From an uncultured Nitrososphaerota archaeon (GTDB lineage: Archaea; Thermoproteota; Nitrososphaeria; Nitrososphaerales; Gagatemarchaeaceae), in NCBI GenBank assembly GCA_963718895.1, contig CAVRAG010000007.1, positions 608,001-672,000 of the forward strand: 64,000 bases of DNA, read 5' to 3'. A model generated the notes under the pieces. It did no database searches and was not told where the DNA came from. It saw only the letters and a list, made by a program, of their open reading frames with translations. The translations under genes were made by a program, and so were the position numbers. Positions 1 through 9,528 of the stretch are shown one piece after another (the stretch's first letter is position 1; each line of letters starts with the position of its first letter).

Positions 1-1001
1 TGCGCGGGTTGCTGCAGCGAGGCTCCGCAGTTAGGACAGAAGGTGCTGGACGCCGCTATCAGAGATCCGCAGTTGGGACAGGACCTGTTGGGTTGCATCC
101 CTCCCGCCATGCCCTGCGCCATCTGGCCGCCGAAAGCGTAGCCCATCCCGGCGCCGGCTCCTATGCCGACACCGAGGCCCGCTCCGACTCCAGCGGTCCC
201 GCTCTGGTTCTGGGCCGCATCGACCATGGCCTGCCCCGCCTGGTACTGCATGTAGTTGACACCCAGGACCTGGATCTGGGACCTGGTGTCGATGGCCTTC
301 TGCACCTCATCGGGGAGGCTGATGGTGAGGCCGGAAATCTTGTTGATCTCCACGCCGTACTGCCCGAAGTTGTCCGGTGCCAGCGCCAGCACCGCCTGTT
401 CGATCGTTGTGAGGTTCGCGGCAAGGTCCGTGACCTTCAGCCCCTGGGCCTTCATCTTGCCCATAGCGTTGTAGACTAGGATGACCATCTGTTCCTTAAG
501 GCGCGACTCGACATCGTCGGAGGTCTCCGCTGCGAACGTTCCCACGAACTGATTGATGAAATTCTCAGGGGAGGATACCTTCCATCTGTACTCACCGAAG
601 ACCCTTAGGTTGACGAGCCCGAAGGTGGGGTCGGTGAACTGGTAGGGCTGTGTGCTCCCGAACTTCCCGTCCAGATACCTCTTCTGGAGGTAGTAGACCT
701 CGGCCTGCTGTTGGACGCCCGTGAAGAACTTTAGGAGGTTCCCCACGATGGGAGCGTTGAAGTCGGTGAGGGCGTACCTGTTCGGCTGGTCGAAGTAGGT
801 GAGGACCTTCCCGTCCCTGTAGAAGACGGCTATCTCGTCCTCCCTCACCACGATGTTGTCGTTGAGCCTGATGTTGCGGGGGACCTTCCACATGACATTG
901 TTCTGCTTGTTCTGATCCTCCCAGTTGATCGTTATCGAGCCGAGCACGCTGCCGCCTGTGGGCGGGATATCGGTCGACTTCTTAGAGAATAAGCCTGTCA
1001 T
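1..1001 (-). CDS. SPFH/band-7 domain protein with C-terminal zinc ribbon (YdjI-like); runs off the window edge
   Basis: Not in the ORF track because it has no stop inside the window. Manual translation from ATG 1001 (ATGA overlap with the upstream stop) gives MTGLFSKK...VVREDEIAVFYRDGK...FGLVNLRVFGEY...GAGLGVGIGAGAGMG...CPNCG...FCPNCG. Confidence 0.85.
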   Translation of the reverse strand, partial: MTGLFSKKSTDIPPTGGSVLGSITINWEDQNKQNNVMWKVPRNIRLNDNIVVREDEIAVFYRDGKVLTYFDQPNRYALTDFNAPIVGNLLKFFTGVQQQAEVYYLQKRYLDGKFGSTQPYQFTDPTFGLVNLRVFGEYRWKVSSPENFINQFVGTFAAETSDDVESRLKEQMVILVYNAMGKMKAQGLKVTDLAANLTTIEQAVLALAPDNFGQYGVEINKISGLTISLPDEVQKAIDTRSQIQVLGVNYMQYQAGQAMVDAAQNQSGTAGVGAGLGVGIGAGAGMGYAFGGQMAQGMAGGMQPNRSCPNCGSLIAASSTFCPNCGASLQQPA

Positions 1002-1564
1002 GCTTTCACTTCACCGCTGGGCTGGACGGCTATATTCTCTATGGTCTCCATTCGGACCGACCACTTCTGCTTGAAGTCGACGATGCCACTGCTCACGCGG
1101 GACAGGGCCGACTGGACGGAACTGGGGGCGGTCGTGTCGTAGGCCAGACTGGACGGCGACGTGAGGGATTGAAGCTGGAAGGCAGAGTTCGTGAAGCCGT
1201 AGTCGTACTCGTAGAGCTTGTTCAGCTTGTCCTGGTTGATCGATATCGTGGCGACCCAACCCGAGTATCCCTGCTGGGCGTGCCTGACCTCGCCGCTCAG
1301 CTGCTGGACCTGAGAGATGAGCGACCCCACCGAAGTGAGGTTCGTGTAATCGCCGGCAGTAGCCATCTGCTTGCGGAGAACCTCCAGGTTGCCCTTCGTC
1401 TGGTCGAGCTTGTCGGCGACCTGGTTGCGGAGGAGGTCGTCTGAGACCCGTAGGTCCTCGAGGGTCCTGTAGCCCCTGAGACCCGGGACGAGCAGCTCAA
1501 GCTTCTTCTGAAAACCTCTGTTTTCATCGACCTGCTGTCGGATATCTGGATTGTCTTGTGACAC
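998..1564 (-). CDS. Helical hypothetical protein, translationally coupled to the SPFH gene
   Basis: 188-aa ORF (LVPGLRGYR..EDLRVSDDLLR). Its stop overlaps the SPFH start, and an AT-rich TATA-like tract lies near 1606-1614. Confidence 0.8.
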   Translation of the reverse strand: MSQDNPDIRQQVDENRGFQKKLELLVPGLRGYRTLEDLRVSDDLLRNQVADKLDQTKGNLEVLRKQMATAGDYTNLTSVGSLISQVQQLSGEVRHAQQGYSGWVATISINQDKLNKLYEYDYGFTNSAFQLQSLTSPSSLAYDTTAPSSVQSALSRVSSGIVDFKQKWSVRMETIENIAVQPSGEVKA

Positions 1565-1666
1565 GTTTTTTCAACTACCCTAGATGGGAATTAATCCGTT
1601 ATTCTCATATAAATACTGTTTGAAGCAGGAACACATGAGGACGGTCCGGATTGGCAAGGAAGACCC

Positions 1667-2779
1667 CTAGGCAAGTTTCCTGATGGATGCAGCCGAGCCG
1701 TCACCTTTGAGCCAGGCCTTGGCCTCGGCCTGGGCGATGTCGTCGTTCATCGGCGCGGGTGGGTGCTTCATGAGCCATGCACTCGGGGCTAGAAGGGGCC
1801 CGCCTATCTTCCGATCCAGCGCGACCTTGCAGTATCTGATAGCATCGACCACAACTCCTGCGGAGTTAGCCTTGTCGTCGACTTCGAGTCGGACCTCCAT
1901 GTTGAAGGGGACGCCCGGGAACATCTTACCCTCGACCCTGATGAACGCGAGCTTGGTGTTCCCGAGGAATGGTATGAAGTCGCTCGGGCCGACGTATATC
2001 TTGTCGTCGGGCAGGCGTTCCGAGAGCACGTCCTGTACGGCCTCGGTCTTCGATATCTTCTTTGATTCCAGCCTAGACGCCTCTTTCATGTTGAGAAAGT
2101 CTGTGTTGCCTCCTACGTTGATCTGGTAGGTCTTTGTTATCTCCACCCCTCTGTCGGAGCAGAGCTGAGCCAGCGTCCGGTGGACGATTGTGGCACCTAC
2201 GACGCCCTTGACGTCGTCGCCGACTATCGGAAGGTTCCTTTCCACAAACCTGTCCGACCATTCTCTGCGGGAGGCGATAAAGACGGGCATGCAGTTCACC
2301 ATTCCGACCCCCGCTTCGAGGGCTATGTCCGCCCAGAACTCCGTGGCCTTCTGGCTGCCCACAGGCAGATAGTTCACCAGTATCTCGGTCTTGGTCCTCT
2401 TCAGCTGATCGAGGATCGGGCCGCGCAGCTTCGAGGCGGGCCTGCCGCCCTTCAAGGGTTTGATCTTGTTATCGACGAAGATTCCGACACCATCGAGCAC
2501 CGGCGACTCCATGACCACCGCGTCACTGCCCGGGACCGCACCGACCCAGTCCACCACGTTAGGAGCCTGGAAGATCGCCTTGGAGAGGGGCTTGCCAATC
2601 TTGTTTGCCCCCACGTCGAAGGCACTTACGAACTCGATATCCTCGATTCCGTACTTCCCGATCTTGTCGTTACCGTACATCTGTGCTTCCTTGTTTCCAG
2701 ACTTGCGCAGATAGACGCCCTGGATAATTCCCGAGGCGCAGTTTCCAATGCCTATGACACCGACCTTTACACCGGACAT
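1667..2779 (-). CDS. ino1: myo-inositol-1-phosphate synthase
   Basis: GIGNCAS Rossmann motif, NYLPVGS, GDDVKG, YQINVGGNTDFLN and SKKISKT. Confidence 0.95.
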   Translation of the reverse strand: MSGVKVGVIGIGNCASGIIQGVYLRKSGNKEAQMYGNDKIGKYGIEDIEFVSAFDVGANKIGKPLSKAIFQAPNVVDWVGAVPGSDAVVMESPVLDGVGIFVDNKIKPLKGGRPASKLRGPILDQLKRTKTEILVNYLPVGSQKATEFWADIALEAGVGMVNCMPVFIASRREWSDRFVERNLPIVGDDVKGVVGATIVHRTLAQLCSDRGVEITKTYQINVGGNTDFLNMKEASRLESKKISKTEAVQDVLSERLPDDKIYVGPSDFIPFLGNTKLAFIRVEGKMFPGVPFNMEVRLEVDDKANSAGVVVDAIRYCKVALDRKIGGPLLAPSAWLMKHPPAPMNDDIAQAEAKAWLKGDGSAASIRKLA

Positions 2780-2864
2780 ATTTTATAGTCGTAAAATAGA
2801 CCGGGATAAAGGTTTCTCTTGACTAAGGGCGAGCCGCACATGAATGCGAGGGACGATTCTTAGG

Positions 2865-3278
2865 ATGGGCTTCGTGGAGAGGCTCAAGGACAAGGTTCAG
2901 AAGGAGAACCTCTGGTTCTTCCTCCTTCTCCTGCTATCGAGCGAGTCTCGGTACGGCTACGAGCTTAGAGGCCTGGTGAAGGAGGAGTTCGGGTTCTGGA
3001 GCGGGACTGTGACCGCCTATCGTGTCCTGTACAGCTTGGAAGCCGCGGGCTTGGTGAAGAGCCGTACGGTCGAGAGACGGAGGTACTACGAAATCACCGA
3101 CAGCGGCAGGAAGGAGCTGGAGGATGCGAGGCTCTTTCTCAAGGGCCTGATCGAGCTAGGCCGCTTTCCCGTCTGCATGAGCTCCTCGATGTCCAGCCTC
3201 TCGATCCCCTCCGGGCCGACCAGTTCCGTGACGCTCTGGCTCCTCCTTACTATCACCTTGCCCTTTCTCAGGACGTAG
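2865..3278 (+). CDS. PadR-family transcriptional regulator (3' end uncertain)
   Basis: YGYEL...YRVLYSLEAAGLV...RRYYEITDSGRKEL. The tail overlaps the convergent deaminase gene. Confidence 0.85.
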   Translation: MGFVERLKDKVQKENLWFFLLLLLSSESRYGYELRGLVKEEFGFWSGTVTAYRVLYSLEAAGLVKSRTVERRRYYEITDSGRKELEDARLFLKGLIELGRFPVCMSSSMSSLSIPSGPTSSVTLWLLLTITLPFLRT

Positions 3279-4450
3279 AGAGGCGGACCGAGCCGCGCCA
3301 GGGCCTGAATCTCAGACTTCGCCTCCAGGACCACCATGTTGGCGGGCCTCCCCGCTTCCAGGCCGTACCGGCGGTCCATCCGGAGTGCCTTCGCAGGGTT
3401 CGTCGTTATCAGGTCAAAGGAATTCGCCAGCTCGCGATAGCCTGTGAGCTGGCCGACGTGGACCGCCATGAACAGGGCCTGCATCATGTCGCCCTTCCCG
3501 AGCGGGTACCAAGGGTCCATGACGCAGTCGTGCCCCAGAGAGACGTTCACGCCCCAATTGAGCAGCTCCTTGACCCTGGCCATCCCCCTCCTCTTGGGGT
3601 ACGAGTCGAACCTCCCCTGGATGGTTATGTTGATCAGTGGGTTGACGATGACCGTCACTCCGGCCCTACGCAGGATCCGATAGAGCTTTGCGGCGTAGGC
3701 GTCATTGTAGGACCCCATGGCAGTCGCGTGCCCCGCCGTGACCCGGCCCTCGTAGCGCCTCTTGATAGCCTGGGCAGCTACCACCTCGAGGAATCTCGAC
3801 TGGTCGTCGTCGGTCTCGTCGACGTGTCCGTCGACGTCCTTTCCGTACTTCTGAGCTAGGTCGAACGCGAAGTCAATGGACTTTACTCCATCCTCCCTGG
3901 TGAACTCGTGGTGAGGTATCATCCCCACGTTGTCAGCTCCGAGCTCGACGGACTTCTCTAGGAGCTCCTGGTTCCGAGGGTCGGTCATTATCCCGTCCTG
4001 TGGGAAGGCCGTCACCTGGATGTCCATGAGCCCCTTGAACTCGTCCTTTACGCCGAGCAGGGCCTTCAGCGGTTTCTGCCTCGGCTCCGTGGTGTCCGCA
4101 TTGGTTCTCAGAACCTGTGTGCCGTTGGCGAGCATCAGTTTCAGCATCTTCCGCGCCCTTCCGCGTATCTCATCCTCGCTGACCTTCCTCTTCTTGTCGG
4201 CCCAGATCTCTATGCCCTCAAGGAGGGTTCCGGACTCATTGAATCTTGGGTCTCCGTATGCAAGGGCTGAGTCGAGATGGAAGTGCATGTCCATGAAAGG
4301 CGGGACGACGAGGTTCCCGTGAGCGTCAACCTCCTCCTCCCCCTTCTGGGCAACGCTCTTTGAGATCTCTCTGATGACCCCTCCGTCGACCGCCAGGTCG
4401 AAGATCCCGTCTCTTCTCCGGAGCCTGGCGTTGCGCACGACTAGCTGCAT
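3086..4450 (-). CDS. codA: Cytosine deaminase (CodA-type amidohydrolase)
   Basis: DMHFHLD, RFNESGTLLEGIEIW, AFPQDG, IPHHEFTREDG, HVDETDD, GHDCVMDPWYPLG. Confidence 0.92.
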   Translation of the reverse strand: MQLVVRNARLRRRDGIFDLAVDGGVIREISKSVAQKGEEEVDAHGNLVVPPFMDMHFHLDSALAYGDPRFNESGTLLEGIEIWADKKRKVSEDEIRGRARKMLKLMLANGTQVLRTNADTTEPRQKPLKALLGVKDEFKGLMDIQVTAFPQDGIMTDPRNQELLEKSVELGADNVGMIPHHEFTREDGVKSIDFAFDLAQKYGKDVDGHVDETDDDQSRFLEVVAAQAIKRRYEGRVTAGHATAMGSYNDAYAAKLYRILRRAGVTVIVNPLINITIQGRFDSYPKRRGMARVKELLNWGVNVSLGHDCVMDPWYPLGKGDMMQALFMAVHVGQLTGYRELANSFDLITTNPAKALRMDRRYGLEAGRPANMVVLEAKSEIQALARLGPPLYVLRKGKVIVRRSQSVTELVGPEGIERLDIEELMQTGKRPSSIRPLRKSLASSSSFLPLSVIS

Positions 4451-4536
4451 CGAGGCGCGGCCGAAGATTTCCTATTTAAGACCGATTGGCTGGTCGGTCT
4501 TCCCGCACGGCCTCCGCCCCACCGGGACTGCCCCAT

Positions 4537-5874
4537 CTAACTTACGTTCGACCAGACCTGCTCGGCGGCCTGCTGGGCCGCGTCGACTGCTTTGTCTTCG
4601 TCCACCGTCTTCATGGCTCCGTCTTCCACGACAACTCTCCCATCGATTATCACGGTCCTCACGTCCCCGCCATTGGCGTAGTAGACAGCGTTCTGGAGCG
4701 GGTTGCGCAGAGGAGCCATGTGAGCGTTGTGGCTGTCCACTATCGTGATGTCCGCCTTCTTCCCAGGAGTGATCGAACCAATGCTCTGGGCCATCCCGAG
4801 CGCCCTCGCGCTGCCCATCGTCGCCATGTTGAAGACCGTGCTCGCGTTCATCGTCCTCTCTCCGTGGGACAGGATCCTGTTTATCGCGATCGCCTGGCGC
4901 ATGTTCTCCCATATGTCCATCGAGAGCCAGTCCACGCCCAGTCCCACGGGGATTCCCTTGGCGAGCATCATCCCCAGATTCGGGTATGCGCCCACTTTTC
5001 CGTAGATGACCGGACAGTGGCCGATAGCGGTCCCCCTCTGGCGGATGATCTCGAGGTCCTCCTCGTTCGCGAGGAGGAGATGCGCAGCGAGGACGTCCTT
5101 GTCGAAGAATCCCAGGCCGTCCAGGAACCCGACCGAGGTCTTTCCGTAGGCGTGGCGGACGTAAGCAGCCTCTCTGTCAGACTGGGCGACGTGGATGTGC
5201 ATGCCGACCCCCAATCGCGCGGCTTCCGTTTTTGCGGCCTTCAGCAGCTCGGGGCTGCAGGTGTCGGTCGCGTGCGTTCCTATCCTGCAAGTTATCTTGC
5301 CCTCGGACTTGCCGTGCCAGTCCTCAATCAGCTTGACGTTCGTCTTTAGCTTCTGATAGCCCTGGTCCTCGTCGCGGCTGTAGTCGTCGTGCTCGAGGTT
5401 CCTCAGGTTGACGTCGAACACCTTGTGGGCGATGACTCCTCTCAGGCCGACCTCGGAGACGCCGCGCGCCATTGCGTCGGCGTAGTGGTAGATGTCGTTT
5501 ATGCAGGTTATCCCGTATCTCGCGCACTCGATAGCACCGAGGACGTCTATTCGGTAGGCGATCTCGTCGGTGAGGTAGTCCTCGAGCGGCAGGGCGAAGC
5601 CGTAGAAGTGATTGTCTATGTCCTCGGTGAGCCCTCTGAGGAAGTCGCCGGTGATGTGGGTGTGCGCGCTGACGAGCCCCGGCATGACGATAGAACGCGA
5701 GCCGTCGATCACGACGTCGCTCTGCGGGTAGCTCTTCAGGACGTCGTCGCTCTTCCCGACGGCGACGATCCTTCCTTCAGCGACGACGACGGTCCCGTCC
5801 GAGATGAACGAGTCCGGCCGGGGGTCGGACGGCATCAAGGTCGCGTGTTTGACGACTATCGTCGGACGGCTCAT
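4537..5874 (-). CDS. Amidohydrolase, MtaD/Atz/Trz deaminase family
   Basis: MPGLVSAHTH, HIHVAQS, LAAH, GLGVD, GSITPGKKADI. Confidence 0.88.
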   Translation of the reverse strand: MSRPTIVVKHATLMPSDPRPDSFISDGTVVVAEGRIVAVGKSDDVLKSYPQSDVVIDGSRSIVMPGLVSAHTHITGDFLRGLTEDIDNHFYGFALPLEDYLTDEIAYRIDVLGAIECARYGITCINDIYHYADAMARGVSEVGLRGVIAHKVFDVNLRNLEHDDYSRDEDQGYQKLKTNVKLIEDWHGKSEGKITCRIGTHATDTCSPELLKAAKTEAARLGVGMHIHVAQSDREAAYVRHAYGKTSVGFLDGLGFFDKDVLAAHLLLANEEDLEIIRQRGTAIGHCPVIYGKVGAYPNLGMMLAKGIPVGLGVDWLSMDIWENMRQAIAINRILSHGERTMNASTVFNMATMGSARALGMAQSIGSITPGKKADITIVDSHNAHMAPLRNPLQNAVYYANGGDVRTVIIDGRVVVEDGAMKTVDEDKAVDAAQQAAEQVWSNVS

Positions 5875-5883
5875 CGGTCCTTC

Positions 5884-7434
5884 CTACTCCGGCGGCAGTT
5901 CCTTGAAGGTCATCGAGATGTCAATGCCACGCTTGAGGTGGTACCACCTCGACGCGAAGAAGATCAGTATTCCCACCGTAACCGCGCCGACGTTGTACCC
6001 GTAGGCGAGAGAGTTGCCTCCCCATACTCCTGGGTATGCAAGGAAGAGGTAGTCGAAAATCAGGAAGACCACCGTCGTCAACGCCCCCGCGGCGGCCATT
6101 ATCGCCTTGGAGCTCCCCTTTTCGTGCCGACGGGCGTAGAATATCGCCGCCAGACCCACCGTGGCGAAGTACAGCATCGTCAGAGCCGCAGTGCCATAGA
6201 GCGCGACGAGCGACCCGTAGTAGGCTATGACGGCGGCCACGAGGCCGACTCCGATCCCGAGCTCAATCATGTAGGCCGTCACCGGCGACCCCCATCTCGT
6301 ATTGAGAGAGGCGATCCTGGTCGGGAGGTACCTGTCGAAGGCCTGGGCGAAGAGGTATCGGGACATCACTATGACGAGGTAGGCCAGAATCTGGACGTTC
6401 CAGAGGATCCAGCCGAGGCCTAGGAGGAACCTGATCACCGAGTTGCCTGACACCCCCATCGCGAGCGTCCAGAAGTTGAACGAGTAGTTGTAGACCAGGG
6501 TGGAGTTGCTCAGGGCGCTGTTGATGAACGCTATCCCGCCGGCGTAGTACATTGCAGCGAAGGCCCCGGTCACCAGCAGGAAGACCGCGACCGCTCCTAT
6601 AGGGACGTTCCACTTCTTCGTGCGTCCTCCACCCTTCAGCTCTGAGGATACCGCCGGACCGGCGCTCAGGTAAGGGTAGATGAAGAGGGCGAAGAACGGG
6701 AGGACGAGGAAGGTGTTCCCAAAGTTGAAGTCCCCTCCCGTGTACCCGCTCGCGACCGACGAATAGGTGAGGCCTGACCCCTGGGCGTTTAGCGAGTTCA
6801 TGTAGCTCACCACACCGGTCTGCCCGCCCACTACGAGCGAGAGAATCCCGGCCACCACGGAGATGACTCCGATTACCGTCAGGACAGAGACAAGCTTGAA
6901 TCCCGCGCTCGGCTTGAAGATGTTGATCAGGATCAGGGCCAGGATCATGGCTGTCGCGACCACGAATTGGGCCACCGGGGCAGAGCCGGCCGTGGTCGAA
7001 GGAAGCGAGAGCTGGAGGAAGCTGCTGTTCCCGAGGATGACCCCCACCGAGCCCAGGGCGAACACCGCGGAGAGCGCGGTCAGCGAAAAGTATGGCATGT
7101 TCCCCATCGTCCAGCCGGCGAACGTCATCACGCTTCCGACGGCGCCGTTCACGTTCCTTGAGACCCAGACATAGTCTCCGCCCGTGCGCGCGAGGCGGGT
7201 TGACAGCATCGAGTAGACGACAATCTGCGGTATCGAGAGCGCGAACGCGATAATGGAGGCATAGACCATGTTCACGCCGCTGACCGAAGGGAGCAAGATC
7301 AGAGTAAAGCCGACCGTGCCGAGCGCGACCCCGGCAGACATGTTGCTGATGTTGAGGGCGATAGCATCCAGGAGACTTGCGTTCTTTACGAGGCCCGTGC
7401 TCTCCCTCACGTAGACGGGAACCTTGGACCCCAA
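5884..7434 (-). CDS. APC-superfamily permease
   Basis: About 12 hydrophobic segments; YVRESTGLVK N-terminus, RTGGDYVWVSR, RYLFAQAFDRYLP, C-terminal FKELPPE. Confidence 0.9.
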   Translation of the reverse strand: MGSKVPVYVRESTGLVKNASLLDAIALNISNMSAGVALGTVGFTLILLPSVSGVNMVYASIIAFALSIPQIVVYSMLSTRLARTGGDYVWVSRNVNGAVGSVMTFAGWTMGNMPYFSLTALSAVFALGSVGVILGNSSFLQLSLPSTTAGSAPVAQFVVATAMILALILINIFKPSAGFKLVSVLTVIGVISVVAGILSLVVGGQTGVVSYMNSLNAQGSGLTYSSVASGYTGGDFNFGNTFLVLPFFALFIYPYLSAGPAVSSELKGGGRTKKWNVPIGAVAVFLLVTGAFAAMYYAGGIAFINSALSNSTLVYNYSFNFWTLAMGVSGNSVIRFLLGLGWILWNVQILAYLVIVMSRYLFAQAFDRYLPTRIASLNTRWGSPVTAYMIELGIGVGLVAAVIAYYGSLVALYGTAALTMLYFATVGLAAIFYARRHEKGSSKAIMAAAGALTTVVFLIFDYLFLAYPGVWGGNSLAYGYNVGAVTVGILIFFASRWYHLKRGIDISMTFKELPPE

Positions 7435-7576
7435 ACCGGAACACGAAATTTTCTCGAAGCTTATTTAACTGTTAGCATTACGTTTGTTATCACAGAAGAC
7501 TGGAAGCCGCTTTCGGTCCGCCTCCTCATCGAACTGGGACGCACGATTTTATAGACCGACGCGGCGCGGCGCCCGG

Positions 7577-8521
7577 TTGACCCGAATCTTCTTTATCACC
7601 GATGTCCACGGTTCGGACAGGTGCTTCCGCAAGTTCCTCAACGCCGCGAAGGCGTACAAGGTCGACACGCTCATTCTTGGAGGGGACGTGACAGGCAAGG
7701 TGCTCGTCCCCATCGTAGAACAGGGGAACGGGAAGTATGCGCTGACACTGTTCGGAGAGTCTGTCACGGTCGGGAAGTCTGACCTTGGGGAAACCCAGAA
7801 GAAGATCAGGGACGCCGGAGAGTACTACTACATGACCGACCCCAAGGGAATCGAAGAGATGGATGCGTCGGACGGGAAGAGGGAGAGGGTCTTCACGGAC
7901 TGCATGATGGAGACGCTGAAATCCTGGCTCGCCCTCGCCGAGGAACGGTTGGGCGGCACCAACATCAAGTGCTACATCTCCCCCGGGAACGACGACAAGC
8001 CGGAGATAGACGAGCTCCTCGTCGATTCGGGCCACATTGTCAACCCGGAGAACAGAGTGGTGCAGCTCGAAGGAGGTTACGAGATGATAACGCTGGGCTA
8101 TGCCAACCCGACGCCGTGGAAGAGTCCTCGCGAGGTGACCGAGGAGAAACTGGGGGAGATGGTCGAGCGGCTGGCCTCGGGGCTCTCCGGACCTGAGAAT
8201 TCGATCTTCAACCTCCACGTGCCACCCTTCGGGACTGAGCTTGACAAGGCGCCTGCCGTCGACTCGGAGTTCAGGTACGTCAAGGACGGCCTGAGGGTCA
8301 AGATGATCCACGCGGGGAGCACCGCGGTGAGGGCCTCAATCGAAAGGCACCAGCCCCTCGTCGGGCTGCACGGCCACATCCACGAGTCGAAGGGGTTCGT
8401 GAGGATTGGGAGGACCCTCTGCCTCAACCCCGGGAGCGAGTATGGGGACGGGATTCTACGCGGCGCCATCGTGAGCTTGGAGGGGAACAAGGTCAAGGAG
8501 TTCCTCCTGACGAGCGGCTGA
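7577..8521 (+). CDS. Metallophosphoesterase (calcineurin-like)
   Basis: TDVHGS, GGDVTGK, PGNDD, HVPP, LHGHIHES, NPGSEY. TTG start at 7577 is inferred. Confidence 0.9.
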   Translation: MTRIFFITDVHGSDRCFRKFLNAAKAYKVDTLILGGDVTGKVLVPIVEQGNGKYALTLFGESVTVGKSDLGETQKKIRDAGEYYYMTDPKGIEEMDASDGKRERVFTDCMMETLKSWLALAEERLGGTNIKCYISPGNDDKPEIDELLVDSGHIVNPENRVVQLEGGYEMITLGYANPTPWKSPREVTEEKLGEMVERLASGLSGPENSIFNLHVPPFGTELDKAPAVDSEFRYVKDGLRVKMIHAGSTAVRASIERHQPLVGLHGHIHESKGFVRIGRTLCLNPGSEYGDGILRGAIVSLEGNKVKEFLLTSG

Positions 8522-8632
8522 CCCTTGTGACCCGATGGGACGTCGCGACAGTCCCGGCGCGAGGGTGACTGGGGATTTTCGCGCCCTTCCACCCCTTATA
8601 TAGCGACGGAATTCACGCGACGAACGCGAGCC

Positions 8633-9281
8633 ATGACCGGGCCGAGAGTGACAGTGGTACGGCATCCGATGGTTCTTGAGCAGCTCACCCTCGCCAGGGA
8701 CAAGCGGACGAACCAGATCGCTTTTCGCAAGGCAATCTTCAGATTAGGTAGACTGATGGCCCACGAGTTTCTCCGGACGCTCGAGACCCAGGAGTTTCCC
8801 GTCGAGACGCCTTTCGGGAAGACGACCGGCTACAAGGTGAAGGGGAACGACAAGATTGAGATCATATTGATACTCGCGCGCGTCGATCCCGTTCGTCGAC
8901 GGGATGTACAAGGAGCTGCCGATGGCGCGGACCGGGATCATCAGCGCCTGGAGGGGGAACGCGCCAACGTTTCCCATCGAGGTCAACTACTCCAAGATTC
9001 CCGACATACATCCAGATGACATCGTGATCATCGCAGACCCAATGCTCGCGACAGGCCATACGCTGCTTAAAGTCGCGAAGAAGACCATGGAGAGGGGGAA
9101 GCCGAGACGGCTCGTGTTCTTCTCCGTCATATCGACGAAGAAGGGCATTGACTATGTGGGAAAGGAGTTCCCGGAGGCCGAGTTCTATACCTGCGCGATC
9201 GACCCGAAGGTCGACGAGCGCGGCTACATCGTGCCCGGCCTAGGTGACGCGGGGGACCGAGCGTTCGGGTCACCGCACTGA
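8633..9281 (+). CDS. upp: Uracil phosphoribosyltransferase (frameshift near 8875-8885)
   Basis: HPMV..LTLARDK in the first frame; ADPMLATG and GYIVPGLGDAGDRAFG in the second. Confidence 0.92.
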
Positions 9282-9438
9282 GCCCCCAGAAAGCGCGCGG
9301 AAGGTTCGAAAGGTGAACTCGTCACCTTCCAAATCTTATCATCGCTCACCCAGAGGTGCGCCCCGTCGAGCGACAAGAGACAGCTGAAGAGAACCCGGAA
9401 AAGCATCAGAGTTAAATAAGCAGACCCCAGATTCCTAC

Positions 9439-9515
9439 TCTACAGGCAAGCCTCGGTTCGACGATTCGGGAGCGTATCTACGCTTCTGATTCTTTGACAA
9501 GGATTATCCTGTAGA
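9439..9515 (+). promoter_or_regulatory. Putative structured 5' leader of the DEAD-box helicase mRNA
   Basis: TATA-like TTAAATAA at 9412-9419. TCTACAGG (9439-46) pairs with CCTGTAGA (9508-15). An internal hairpin forms between TCGGGAGCGTA and TACGCTTCTGA (9466-9489). Confidence 0.45.
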
Positions 9516-9528
9516 AGCAAAAACAAAA

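Noticed and set aside
8870-8890. Programmed frameshift or phase variation at the CG run in upp
   Set aside because: One of many indels in the region; sequencing error is the simpler explanation.
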